From Candidatus Moraniibacteriota bacterium (GTDB taxonomy: Bacteria; Patescibacteriota; Minisyncoccia; Moranbacterales; JBBINP01), in assembly GCA_037443825.1 (NCBI GenBank), contig JBBINP010000001.1, positions 1,430 to 65,429 of the forward strand: a stretch of 64,000 bases of DNA, given 5' to 3'. Both the position numbers and the translations under genes were made by a program. Positions 27,709 to 36,910 of this stretch are shown in pieces. Within the stretch, counting starts at the first letter, position 1; each line of letters starts with the position of its first letter. The notes under the pieces are model-generated. The model had not been told where the DNA came from, ran no database searches, and saw only the letters and a program-made list of their open reading frames with translations.

Positions 27709-28533
27709 TTGCCAAATGAAAGTTGCGATGTAGTTGTTGTTGATCCGCCATATAATATAGGAAAAGATTTCGGAAACAATATAGATAAGCGCGAATTGAA
27801 AGAATATATTGTTTGGTGTAAAGAATGGATAAATGAATCAATTCGCGTAATGAAGCCAACGGGGACAATGTTTATTTATGGATTCAGTGAGATACTTGCT
27901 TATTTATCAGTAGAAATTCCTATCAATAAACGCTGGTTTATTTGGCATTACACGAACAAAAATGTCGCTTCGTTAAATTTTTGGCAAAGAAGCCATGAAT
28001 CAATTATCTGTGCGTGGAAAGATAAACCAATTTTTAATAAAGATGATGTCAGAGAGCCATACACCGAAGGTTTTTTGAATGGAGCCGCCGGAAAAATCAG
28101 AAAAGGAACTGCTGGAAGATTCAGCAGTAGCGGAAAAGAAACGGTTTATAACGCTCATGCCGGCGGGGCCTTGCCTCGCGATGTAATAAAAATACCAGCT
28201 TTGGCTGGCGGGGCGGGAATGAATGAAAGATGGTTTATTTGTAAAACTTGCAAAGATCAAGTTTTTGAACCAAGAGAATTAAAAAATCATGCTAAACATG
28301 ACATAGTCAAACACCCGACACAAAAACCTATTGAATTGTCGCGAAAATTAGTAATGTCCGCGATGCCGAAAAAAGACGGAGTTGTGTTGGTGCCATTTGT
28401 TGGCACTGGCTCTGATTGCGTGGCAGCTAAGGAGTTAGGCCAATTTTATGTAGGGTTTGAAATAAACCCCGATTATATTAAACTGGCTGAAAAATATTTG
28501 GAAAAAAGTAAATACATTTCAAAACTATTTTAA
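27709..28533 (+). CDS. beta-class N4-cytosine/N6-adenine DNA methyltransferase (DPPY motif IV first, FVGTGSD motif I last). Its reading frame is open upstream to 27475 and contiguous with the shifted LexA C-terminus
   Basis: VVVVDPPYN, the PTQKP motif, and the C-terminal FVGTGSDCVAAKELG. 27709 is a TTG. No ATG or GTG occurs in frame between the stop at 27472 and 27709, although the conserved N-terminal region (ILGDAAEELKKLPNES) lies upstream of the TTG. Confidence 0.75.
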   Translation: MPNESCDVVVVDPPYNIGKDFGNNIDKRELKEYIVWCKEWINESIRVMKPTGTMFIYGFSEILAYLSVEIPINKRWFIWHYTNKNVASLNFWQRSHESIICAWKDKPIFNKDDVREPYTEGFLNGAAGKIRKGTAGRFSSSGKETVYNAHAGGALPRDVIKIPALAGGAGMNERWFICKTCKDQVFEPRELKNHAKHDIVKHPTQKPIELSRKLVMSAMPKKDGVVLVPFVGTGSDCVAAKELGQFYVGFEINPDYIKLAEKYLEKSKYISKLF

Positions 28534-28743
28534 AGAATTATCTATTTCTTTTTTCTTTGACAAAAAAGTATTTGGGGTAAAAACTGAGTATTTATCTTTT
28601 GAGTTCCAGTTAAATGATTCTTTAAACTCAAGCCAGCCACTTTCGCGCGAGATTATTCTGTCCGCGATTGTTTCGTGGAATAGAAATATCTTTTTGTATT
28701 CATCGCTTTTTAGAAAATCTGTATTCATAATAAAGCGGATAAA

Positions 28744-31743
28744 TTACTCTCCCCACACGCCCGCTAAAATTTCCTCAATTCGCTTTTGGGCTTCGGATTT
28801 AAGCAGTCGCACGCCTTCCAGCGCCTGCATTTGCTTGTCTAGTTTCTCCACGATTTGGTGTTGGGTTTCGAGGGGTGGAATTAGAAAAAATATGTTTTTT
28901 AGATCTTTTTCATAGATCGCTGCAATATTTGTTGAGGCTTTTTTTATTCCATTTAGCTGATCGGAAACATAATCAGACAAAAAACAATAATTCAAATAAT
29001 CGGGCAATATTTCAGGTTTTGTTTTGATTCTCATCAACATGTGATTAAACAAAACCGGTCTTTCATTATTTTTCTTAAATATTGCCGTTTTTCCTACTAA
29101 TTCAAAGCTGTTACGTGTATTAAACAGAAGGTCATTATCGTCCAGTTTAAATTTGTCTATTTCTTCATTACTAGCTTCAATCGTAACAATACTTGCTTGC
29201 TCAATAAAACCTGACTGAATATTGTTCATTTTGATATATTCAACATCTCCCTTGTCTGTTTCCTCTTTTGTTTTTACTAAGCCAATTTGGGTTGATTCAA
29301 CAATATTTTTAAAAAACTTTTTTTCACCGATAAACGAATGACTACTAATTGAAAAATTATCTTCAATCCTCTCCGCTCCATCAATAATCTGCTTTTGCTT
29401 TTCGATTTTTTCCACGATTTCGTTTTGGACTTCAAGCGGCGGGAGGGGAATTTGTAATGCTAAAATTTCTTCGGTTTTATAGGTTTCGCGACCGGTTGAA
29501 TCTTCAATGCCCAGTTTCGCAAAAGCCGGTTTTAAAAAAATCAACAAATAGTCAGGATTGATTTTTGTATCGTCAATCCTAAACGGAACAAAAGTACCCG
29601 TTGAAACATAATTTTTATCGGAAATCGCAAACGAGCCATTCTGAGTATGCATTTTCCCAATAACAAGATCATCTTTTTGAATAAGAAGTCGTTTTTTGAC
29701 TTTTAGCTCTACCCCCAAACATTCGTTGTTTGTAGAAATAGTATTTGTTTTTGTTGAGATTGTTGGCTCGCAATATATTTTTTCATCTTCAATTTCAATT
29801 TTTCTTTCATCCGACAAATCAATCAAAAATGTGCTCAACGGTTCAAATGTAAATTGCTTTGTTTCTTTCAAAATCTCAAAAAGCTTGGCAAGTTTTTCAT
29901 CTCCTTCTAAAGCATTTTTCTCCAATTTACTCAGAAATTCCCTTGCAATATCCATTTGCAAAGCGTCTTTGGGATTAAAAGAAGCGAGGATTTGTAAAAC
30001 GGTTTTTGGTTCAGCTTTTTGTAATTCTTGATAGCGTTTATCAATTTTTGAGCCGTTTTTTATTTCCACACCTTTTAGTGTTTCTTGCCAATCCTTGATC
30101 TGCTCAATGCTTAAATTACTGCGATAGTTTTGCAAGTTAAAATGGTAGCTATGCGCTTTTTCAATGGCTTTGGCAACTTCGTTGTCAATTTGTCCTTCCA
30201 CGATATTGTCAAACTGCCACAATTTCTCGTCATACATTTCCTTGCTGATTTTTTTGCTTTCCAGTTTTTTATCTAATTGTTCAATAAGTTTTTCTCGTTT
30301 TTTAGCGTTTTTCTCTTTGGTTTTTTCGCTAACCTCTTTTTTTATTCGCTCGGCAATGCGCGGATCAAGGGTTTCGATCTGTTCTTTGGAAATGCAAAAA
30401 CTGTGTTTGGTGTCTTGTGGCTTTTTACTTTGCTTAACTTCTGCAAATAGTTTTAAGAGTTCAGGAATTTGACTGCTTTCAATCGGTTTTCTGTTGGTTC
30501 CCATACTAAAGCCGTCATTTTCTATTTTGTAATACCAAACAAAATCTGTCGGTTCACCTTTTTCAAAATATAAAATCGAAGTTTTGGCTCCTTGCCCGCT
30601 CTTGCTCACAAACACGCCTTGCGGAAGTGAGATAACTGCTCGCAGATTGGTTTCATTCAGAAGTATTTTACGAAGCGCGCAAGCGCTATTTTGCCCCCAA
30701 GTTAAAAAGCCCTCGGAAACAACTACGGCACAACGCCCCTTATCTTTGAGTAAATCAAACATAAGTTTTACGAACAAAATCGTCGTTTCCGATTCCTTGG
30801 AGTATTCTTCCCAAACATTTGGATATGCCGGCTGGTCTCTCTCAGCACCAAAAGGGGGATTGGCAATTACCACGCTTTTGCTTCCGCCGTCTCTGGACGG
30901 ATCGTACATTTTGAGACTGTCGCCTTGATCAATGTTGTGCGGATTAAGTCCGCGAATATACATATTCACCGCCGCCATTTTGCGAATCATTCCCGCATAT
31001 TCAATTCCACCAATTCCGGTGCGATAAAACATATTGGCGATATTTTCGGCAGGAAATTGCCTTGTTTGGCGCGCTTTTTCTATCACATAATCATACGCAT
31101 CAAAAAGAAAACCAGCCGTACCGCAAGCGGGATCAAAAATCGTGTCCGTAAAATCCGGGTCAACCATCTCAACCATCATTTGGCGAATATGGTCTGGCGT
31201 TCGGTAAAGTCCCAAATCTTTTGTTCCGCCGGTTTCAGAAAGAGCGGATTCAATCGCATCGCCGAGTAAATCAGTTTTTAAAATATATTTTTCGTCAATT
31301 TCGTTTACCATGCCGATTACTTCAGCGATCACTCCGCCTTTGACATTATTGGTAAAGTTGGAATTGGCAAAAACTTCTTCCATTAAAACCAACTGATCTT
31401 GCATTTTTTTGGGTAGATTTCCGATGACGACTGTTCGCGCTTTGGAAAGAATGGTGGAGTAAAACGGAAAAATATTTTTATTGAGTTCTGATAAAATTTG
31501 CTCACCGTTCAAAGAAAGCAAATGCGAAAAAAGCAGGCGATAATTTTCACCCGAGAAAAGCTCGCGCAGCGGCTTGAATGATTCGTCTTGTTTGAGTTTG
31601 GCTTCGAAAATGCGAAGTAAACAGAGCTCAATAATATATTCAACACGCATAACCGGCGTGCCGGCAGGACGAAGCTTATTGTGAAGCCTTTTTAGAATAT
31701 TATTTGTTTCGCTATCTGCGTAATGTGTTGTTGATCTGCCCAT
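28744..31743 (-). CDS. Type I restriction-modification HsdM-HsdS fusion (N6-adenine MTase domain + coiled-coil linker + two target-recognition domains)
   Basis: MTase motifs DPACGTAGFL (motif I) and VVIANPPFG (motif IV). A long charged coiled-coil spans about aa 430-640. Two TRD modules each end with the conserved HsdS helices (LPPLEVQNEIVEKIE and IPPLETQHQIVEKLD). Confidence 0.8.
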   Translation of the reverse strand: MGRSTTHYADSETNNILKRLHNKLRPAGTPVMRVEYIIELCLLRIFEAKLKQDESFKPLRELFSGENYRLLFSHLLSLNGEQILSELNKNIFPFYSTILSKARTVVIGNLPKKMQDQLVLMEEVFANSNFTNNVKGGVIAEVIGMVNEIDEKYILKTDLLGDAIESALSETGGTKDLGLYRTPDHIRQMMVEMVDPDFTDTIFDPACGTAGFLFDAYDYVIEKARQTRQFPAENIANMFYRTGIGGIEYAGMIRKMAAVNMYIRGLNPHNIDQGDSLKMYDPSRDGGSKSVVIANPPFGAERDQPAYPNVWEEYSKESETTILFVKLMFDLLKDKGRCAVVVSEGFLTWGQNSACALRKILLNETNLRAVISLPQGVFVSKSGQGAKTSILYFEKGEPTDFVWYYKIENDGFSMGTNRKPIESSQIPELLKLFAEVKQSKKPQDTKHSFCISKEQIETLDPRIAERIKKEVSEKTKEKNAKKREKLIEQLDKKLESKKISKEMYDEKLWQFDNIVEGQIDNEVAKAIEKAHSYHFNLQNYRSNLSIEQIKDWQETLKGVEIKNGSKIDKRYQELQKAEPKTVLQILASFNPKDALQMDIAREFLSKLEKNALEGDEKLAKLFEILKETKQFTFEPLSTFLIDLSDERKIEIEDEKIYCEPTISTKTNTISTNNECLGVELKVKKRLLIQKDDLVIGKMHTQNGSFAISDKNYVSTGTFVPFRIDDTKINPDYLLIFLKPAFAKLGIEDSTGRETYKTEEILALQIPLPPLEVQNEIVEKIEKQKQIIDGAERIEDNFSISSHSFIGEKKFFKNIVESTQIGLVKTKEETDKGDVEYIKMNNIQSGFIEQASIVTIEASNEEIDKFKLDDNDLLFNTRNSFELVGKTAIFKKNNERPVLFNHMLMRIKTKPEILPDYLNYCFLSDYVSDQLNGIKKASTNIAAIYEKDLKNIFFLIPPLETQHQIVEKLDKQMQALEGVRLLKSEAQKRIEEILAGVWGE

Positions 31744-31746
31744 AAC

Positions 31747-34113
31747 TTATACCTTAAATGTTGATTGTAATTCCTCATAAACTTGAGGAAAGCGGTTATC
31801 AAAAACCTGATTTACTTCTTCATAATCCGCGCCAATAATTCTTATAAACACCGGATTATTAAATACTTCTTGCGGTGAAATGCGTTTTTTCTCGGCTATG
31901 TTTGCCGAAACAATATCTTTCATGTCGCGCAAGATTTGAATTTGCTTGTCGTTGAAATTATATGTCTTGATGTATGAATCAAAACCTCTTTCAACTCGTT
32001 CTTTCGGAGTAGGAATTTTTTTGATTTTTAAAGCGTGTAAAAAAAAGTCCCAAATTGATCCCTGTTCAAAATCGTAGGCTTTTTGCAATTGTCCCTCATC
32101 AAGATAAACGTTTGGGTTGCGCGACCAATTTTTAATCTCGTCAATTTCTTGCTCGCTTGGCTCGTAATTTTCATTCGATTTAACTTTCTCTTTAATCTCT
32201 ACGATTTCCGGAGCTTTATCCTTAGTGATCTCTTCTTCAAAAATTTCTTTGGCTTTTTCAATAGGGATATTGTCTATTACTTTTATGCTGTCGCCGTGAA
32301 GGTAAACCCTCTGAATAAGGTGCGCGGGATCTGGATTGTCAATTATACCTGGATTTACCCCACCCCCTCCGCCTCCACTGCCTCCAGTTTGTATTCCTGT
32401 TACAACTTTTTTGTTTTCCTTTACAGTGCCCTTGCCGTTATCTTCCATTTTTTTGCACAGACCAACAAAATCCAAAACTTTAAAACTGAATTTTCCAGTT
32501 TTCGGATCAAGACGAGTTCCACGCCCGAGCATTTGAATATACTTTCCGACTGATTTTGTAAGATTGGCAAAAGCAATATAGCGAACGCAAGGAATATCAA
32601 CGCCGGTACTCATAATATCCACAGAAACAGCGATAAACGGCTTATGATTTTGATCTTTGAACCATTTTTTAAACGTTGCGTTAAGCTCGTCGTTTTCTGA
32701 AATAATAGCTTCTGCATAGCGTGGTGATAATTCATCCTCGCTTGTTTTAAATACTTGATTGATTGCTTTGACGAGTTGAACGGCATGAGCTTGGCTGACG
32801 CCAAACAAAATTACCTTCTCGCCATATTCTGTATTGGCTTTCAGTTCTTCTGCAATTCTTAAGCAATTATCCCAAGCGATAAATTTTCTATTTAGTTGTT
32901 CTAGTTTTATCTTTTTTTCTTGATCCAGCTTAACCAATTCTTCGGTTTTCAAATCAAAGTAGTGATCAAAATTTATGCCAACCTCTCGCGCTGTTTTGGT
33001 AAGTTCTGTTTCAATGGATAAAACTTGATAGGGAGCCAAAAAACCCTCATCAATGCCACGCGTAAGGTCAAATTGATAATCTGGCTCGCCGGTTTCACAG
33101 CCAAAAAGCCGATAAGTATCCAAAATCGCCAAATCTTCATCTGGAATTTCTTTACCTTTTTTAGCAACCGCCGTTCTTGGAGTGGCGGTCAATCCAACAC
33201 GAGGGCACAAGAAATGATCAAAAATCAATTTGCGATTAATATTGATAGATCGGTGACATTCATCAACAATAATCAAATCATAAAAACTGTTTGGAATGTT
33301 TTGATAAATATTCTCTAGCGTGTCAATAACGACGACATGAATTTGTGTGTTTTTGTATTGTTTGTAATTGCCCGAAGTAATACGGATAGCAGAGTATTCC
33401 TTACTAATAAGTGAAAACCCGTCGTTGATAACTTGCTCGGCAAGCATAACTCTATCAACCACAAACAAAACACGCTTTGCCATGTTGTATTCAAATAGTG
33501 CTTTTGTGAAAGCAGCCATTGTTCTTGTCTTTCCAAGACCAGTTGCCATATGAACAAGCATTTTTTGTTTACCCTCTTTGTATTTTTGAATAAGCGCTTG
33601 AATACATTCGGTTTGATAATAGGTTTCTTTACCACAGCTTGGATTTATTCCACCCGCAATACCTTTATCAATCGTGATTACTCGATCAAGATTTATTTTT
33701 CTTGCCTGCTCGATTTTAAGTTGCATTTCTTCAAGTGTCATCAAGCTGTTGACTTGGCGAAATTCTCCCGCTTCAAGCCCTTTCCATTCGGTGTCATAAA
33801 AAAGGGTTCGCTCCGGAGAACAAGCATACAAAAAACGAGGTTTTAAAACTGAAGCGTAAAGTGTACGAAGTTTTGTTAGCGCCTTTTTCTCGTCTTCAAA
33901 TTTATTCTCAAAAATAGCAACAATATTATGATTCAAATCCAATAGCGTAATGTCCGGTTTTACACTTTCTCGACCTTCAAATAGCTTTTGTTGTTCTGGT
34001 GTAAGTGAATATTCTTGTTGGTACAACAAAGTATCGCCGACTTTCCAGCCGAGTTTTTTTAGGTCTTCAATTATTTTCAGATCTGTGTCCGTTGCTTCGT
34101 TAATTCTAGGCAT
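31747..34113 (-). CDS. Type I restriction enzyme R subunit-like (N-terminal PD-(D/E)xK nuclease + SF2 helicase)
   Basis: Nuclease motif KPDITLL...IFENK. Helicase motifs HMATGLGKT (Walker A), IIVDECHRS (Walker B), LTATP and QMLGRGTR. A poly-Gly tract (GGSGGGGGG) is present. Confidence 0.8.
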   Translation of the reverse strand: MPRINEATDTDLKIIEDLKKLGWKVGDTLLYQQEYSLTPEQQKLFEGRESVKPDITLLDLNHNIVAIFENKFEDEKKALTKLRTLYASVLKPRFLYACSPERTLFYDTEWKGLEAGEFRQVNSLMTLEEMQLKIEQARKINLDRVITIDKGIAGGINPSCGKETYYQTECIQALIQKYKEGKQKMLVHMATGLGKTRTMAAFTKALFEYNMAKRVLFVVDRVMLAEQVINDGFSLISKEYSAIRITSGNYKQYKNTQIHVVVIDTLENIYQNIPNSFYDLIIVDECHRSININRKLIFDHFLCPRVGLTATPRTAVAKKGKEIPDEDLAILDTYRLFGCETGEPDYQFDLTRGIDEGFLAPYQVLSIETELTKTAREVGINFDHYFDLKTEELVKLDQEKKIKLEQLNRKFIAWDNCLRIAEELKANTEYGEKVILFGVSQAHAVQLVKAINQVFKTSEDELSPRYAEAIISENDELNATFKKWFKDQNHKPFIAVSVDIMSTGVDIPCVRYIAFANLTKSVGKYIQMLGRGTRLDPKTGKFSFKVLDFVGLCKKMEDNGKGTVKENKKVVTGIQTGGSGGGGGGVNPGIIDNPDPAHLIQRVYLHGDSIKVIDNIPIEKAKEIFEEEITKDKAPEIVEIKEKVKSNENYEPSEQEIDEIKNWSRNPNVYLDEGQLQKAYDFEQGSIWDFFLHALKIKKIPTPKERVERGFDSYIKTYNFNDKQIQILRDMKDIVSANIAEKKRISPQEVFNNPVFIRIIGADYEEVNQVFDNRFPQVYEELQSTFKV

Positions 34114-34115
34114 AA

Positions 34116-34343
34116 TTAAATCTTTATTAAATCATCAATGGTAACCCCTAAACCATCCGCAATTTTCGTTATTGTCTGCAAGGAGGGATTTTTAATAACA
34201 TCACTTTCTATCTTGGCTAAAGTCGTATATGGAATATCCGCCTTTTTAGCTAAAGCGTCTTGAGTAATCTCTTTCTTTTTTCTCCACGCTTTGATTTTTT
34301 CGCCGATGGATTTGTCCTTTTTATTCATTTGCTTTTCTTCCAT
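34116..34343 (-). CDS. XRE-family HTH transcriptional regulator (controller/C-protein candidate of the R-M operon)
   Basis: IKAWRKKKEITQDALAKKADIPYTTLAKIESD...LQTITKIADGLGVTIDDLIK. It sits first in the operon, 2 nt upstream of hsdR. Confidence 0.75.
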   Translation of the reverse strand: MEEKQMNKKDKSIGEKIKAWRKKKEITQDALAKKADIPYTTLAKIESDVIKNPSLQTITKIADGLGVTIDDLIKI

Positions 34344-34361
34344 AAAATGATAGTATTAATA

Positions 34362-34391
34362 TGATGGTGTATGCATATCATCAGTATTATA
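34362..34391 (-). promoter_or_regulatory. operator-like pseudo-palindrome (TGATGGTGTATGCATATCATCA, core TATGCATA) adjacent to a minus-strand TATAAT, upstream of the HTH gene
   Basis: Imperfect 22-bp palindrome at 34362-34383. The -10 TATAAT is the reverse complement of 34386-34391. The arrangement is reminiscent of C-box operators. Confidence 0.35.
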
Positions 34392-34562
34392 CTAACAAAT
34401 ATAATGAAAGCAATCAATTTTTCAACTTTGTTATTAAAAATAAGGGAAGTCCGCTTTTGGCCAGACCCGCAGTAGCGGGGCAAAGATAAAAAATTCCAAT
34501 TTGCGCCTAAAATAGGCTGGCGAGCCCGCGTAGCGGGCGAGCCAATGCTTTCATTTCCCAAC

Positions 34563-34652
34563 TGGCGGAGGGTACAGGATTTGAACCTGTGAGGGGATTT
34601 CTCCCCAACCGCATTTCGAGTGCGGCGCATTAAACCGCTCTGCCAACCCTCC
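34563..34652 (-). tRNA. tRNA-Ser (anticodon CGA), class II with long variable arm, CCA encoded
   Basis: Reverse complement reads GGAGGGT..., with anticodon stem CCGCA/TGCGG, loop CTCGAAA, variable arm TGGGGAGAAATCCCCTCAC, and T-arm AGGTTCAAATCCTGT, ending ACCCTCC-G-CCA. Confidence 0.8.
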
Positions 34653-34832
34653 ATTGCTATAATCGCGAAAAAACATCATTTTTTCTGTTTGCGGATTTTT
34701 GTTTTTCACGCAATTTGCAACAAAATGCCATTTTGCCAAAATCGGATAATTTGTTTCGCGATTCAAATTTGCCACATTTCAGATTTTATTGTAAAATAGA
34801 ATTAGTTTAATGAAAAGGGCTGATTATTTTTT

Positions 34833-35381
34833 ATGCGCGAGGAAAAAAGTTTTGCGGTTCAATTTATTGATCCGGAATCCGTCTTAAATCAAATTGAAAT
34901 AAACCCTGAAAGCGTCGCGGCTGATTTTGGTTGCGGCAGCGGTTATTTTTCCATTCCAATGGCTAAAAAAATCAGTAAAGGAAAGCTTTACGCGCTTGAT
35001 ATCTTGCCGCAGGCGCTGGAATCGGTGCAGAGCCGCGCGAAAAAAGAGGGACTCGCGAATGTTGTCGCGCGGCGGGTTAATCTGGAAAAAAACGAAGGAT
35101 CAAAACTGGAGCGGGAAAGCGCGGATATGGTGATTGTCAAAGACATGCTTTTTCAGAATAAAGACAAAGATATTATTTTGAAAGAAGCTTATCGCGTGCT
35201 TAAGCGGGGCGGCAGGGCGTTGATTGTGGAATGGAACAAAAAAGAGAGTTCCGTTGGTCCGTCGGCGGACATAAGAATATCCCGGGAATCGCTGATTGAT
35301 TTGATTCAGGCGCAAGGTTTTTCCATTGAAAAGGAAGTCGTGGCCGGCGATTTCCACAATGCTTTTTTGGCGATCAAGTGA
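34833..35381 (+). CDS. class I SAM-dependent methyltransferase
   Basis: VADFGCGSGYFS glycine-rich SAM-binding motif and the acidic residue in LYALDI. Confidence 0.7.
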   Translation: MREEKSFAVQFIDPESVLNQIEINPESVAADFGCGSGYFSIPMAKKISKGKLYALDILPQALESVQSRAKKEGLANVVARRVNLEKNEGSKLERESADMVIVKDMLFQNKDKDIILKEAYRVLKRGGRALIVEWNKKESSVGPSADIRISRESLIDLIQAQGFSIEKEVVAGDFHNAFLAIK

Positions 35382-35424
35382 CTTCTTTGTAATTCTTTAT
35401 TATATTTGTTCGGTACAAACAGAA

Positions 35425-36852
35425 ATGAAAATAAAAATAAAAAAAATAAAAATTCAGCCGTTACTCGCGTTTTTTTTGATTATTGCAATGTTTCTTTTTT
35501 CGGGATGTTTGAAACAATCGTCTGTCGCGTATAAGGTTGATTTGGAGATCTGGGGGCCTTTTGACAGCGGGGATGTTTTTGACAGGATTATCGGCGATTA
35601 TAAAATGATCAATCCTTATGTCAGAGAAATAAAATACCGCAAATTTACGGTGGATGCCTATAAAAACGATCTAATCAACGCGCTGGCCACGGGACAGGGG
35701 CCGGATATTTTTCTGATTAACAACACTTGGACGCCTTCCTTTCAGGACAAAATAGAGCCGGCGCCCGAAGCAATCATCAAGGAATATGAATTCCGCAATA
35801 CTTTTGTGGATGTGGCAGTCGGCGATTTTTTGGAAAAGGGAAAAATATACGGTATTCCGCTTTCCGTTGATTCGCTGGCTCTTTATTACAACAAAGACAT
35901 GTTTAACGCCGCCGGCATCACTTCTCCGCCGAAAACATGGGAAGATTTTAATGATGCCGTGTATCGTCTGAATAGAGTGGATTCGTATGGAGAGTTTATT
36001 CAGTCGGGGGCGGCGCTGGGCACGGCCTACAATATCAACCGCGCCACGGATATTTTGGGTTTGCTCATGTTTCAGAACGGAACGCAAATGGTTAATCAGG
36101 AACGGACAGAAGCCATTTTTGACAGGCCGATAAACATCGGAAATGAAACTGTCAATGCCGGAGAAAGCGCGCTCAAATATTATACTGCTTTCGCCCAATC
36201 AAATAACTCTCTTTATAGTTGGAATCCGCGAATGCATTATTCCATTGATTCTTTTTACGAAGGAAAAACGGCGATGATGATCAATTATTCCTGGCATTAC
36301 GAAACCATTAAAAACAAAAATTCCAAACTGAATTTCGCGGTCGCTCCCGTTCCGCAAATTGACATTCATAATCCTGTGAACTTCGCCAATTATTGGGGGT
36401 TCGCGGTTTCCAAAAATAAAATTTCTTCCGCCGATCCGCAACAAAAAGCCGCGCAAAGCAAAATAGCATATGACAAAAACAAAACGCGCATACATGAATC
36501 CTGGCAATTTTTGCGTTATTTGGCGATGAAAAATGGCGGGCAGATAACGCTTATCAACGGCATTGCCGGCACTTTCAAAACCTTTCCTCTAAAATCCGAT
36601 CCGGCCGATGAATATCTTAAAATGACCAAAAGGCCGGCGGCAAGGCGTGATATAATAGAAAAGCAAAAAACCGATCCGATTCTCAATCCTTTTGCTTTTG
36701 GAAATTTAACCGCCAAAAGCTGGCATCAGAAAAATCCGGAAGCGGCGGAGCATGTTTTAAAAGAAATGATTGATTCAATAAATCGGGGAGACACAACCGC
36801 TTATGAAGCTTTAAAACTGGCGGCTGTTCGTGTTTCGCAAACAATGAGATGA
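35425..36852 (+). CDS. extracellular solute-binding lipoprotein (ABC transporter substrate-binding, family 1), orphan
   Basis: Lipobox LFSGC; SBP-like segments GPDIFLINNTW and YGIPLSVDSLALYYNKDMF. The start was moved to ATG 35425. No adjacent permease or ATPase. Confidence 0.65.
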   Translation: MKIKIKKIKIQPLLAFFLIIAMFLFSGCLKQSSVAYKVDLEIWGPFDSGDVFDRIIGDYKMINPYVREIKYRKFTVDAYKNDLINALATGQGPDIFLINNTWTPSFQDKIEPAPEAIIKEYEFRNTFVDVAVGDFLEKGKIYGIPLSVDSLALYYNKDMFNAAGITSPPKTWEDFNDAVYRLNRVDSYGEFIQSGAALGTAYNINRATDILGLLMFQNGTQMVNQERTEAIFDRPINIGNETVNAGESALKYYTAFAQSNNSLYSWNPRMHYSIDSFYEGKTAMMINYSWHYETIKNKNSKLNFAVAPVPQIDIHNPVNFANYWGFAVSKNKISSADPQQKAAQSKIAYDKNKTRIHESWQFLRYLAMKNGGQITLINGIAGTFKTFPLKSDPADEYLKMTKRPAARRDIIEKQKTDPILNPFAFGNLTAKSWHQKNPEAAEHVLKEMIDSINRGDTTAYEALKLAAVRVSQTMR

Positions 36853-36910
36853 AATCATTTTTATCAAAAATAAACAAAATTTGCAAAAATTTTTTAAATG
36901 ATGATTATTT

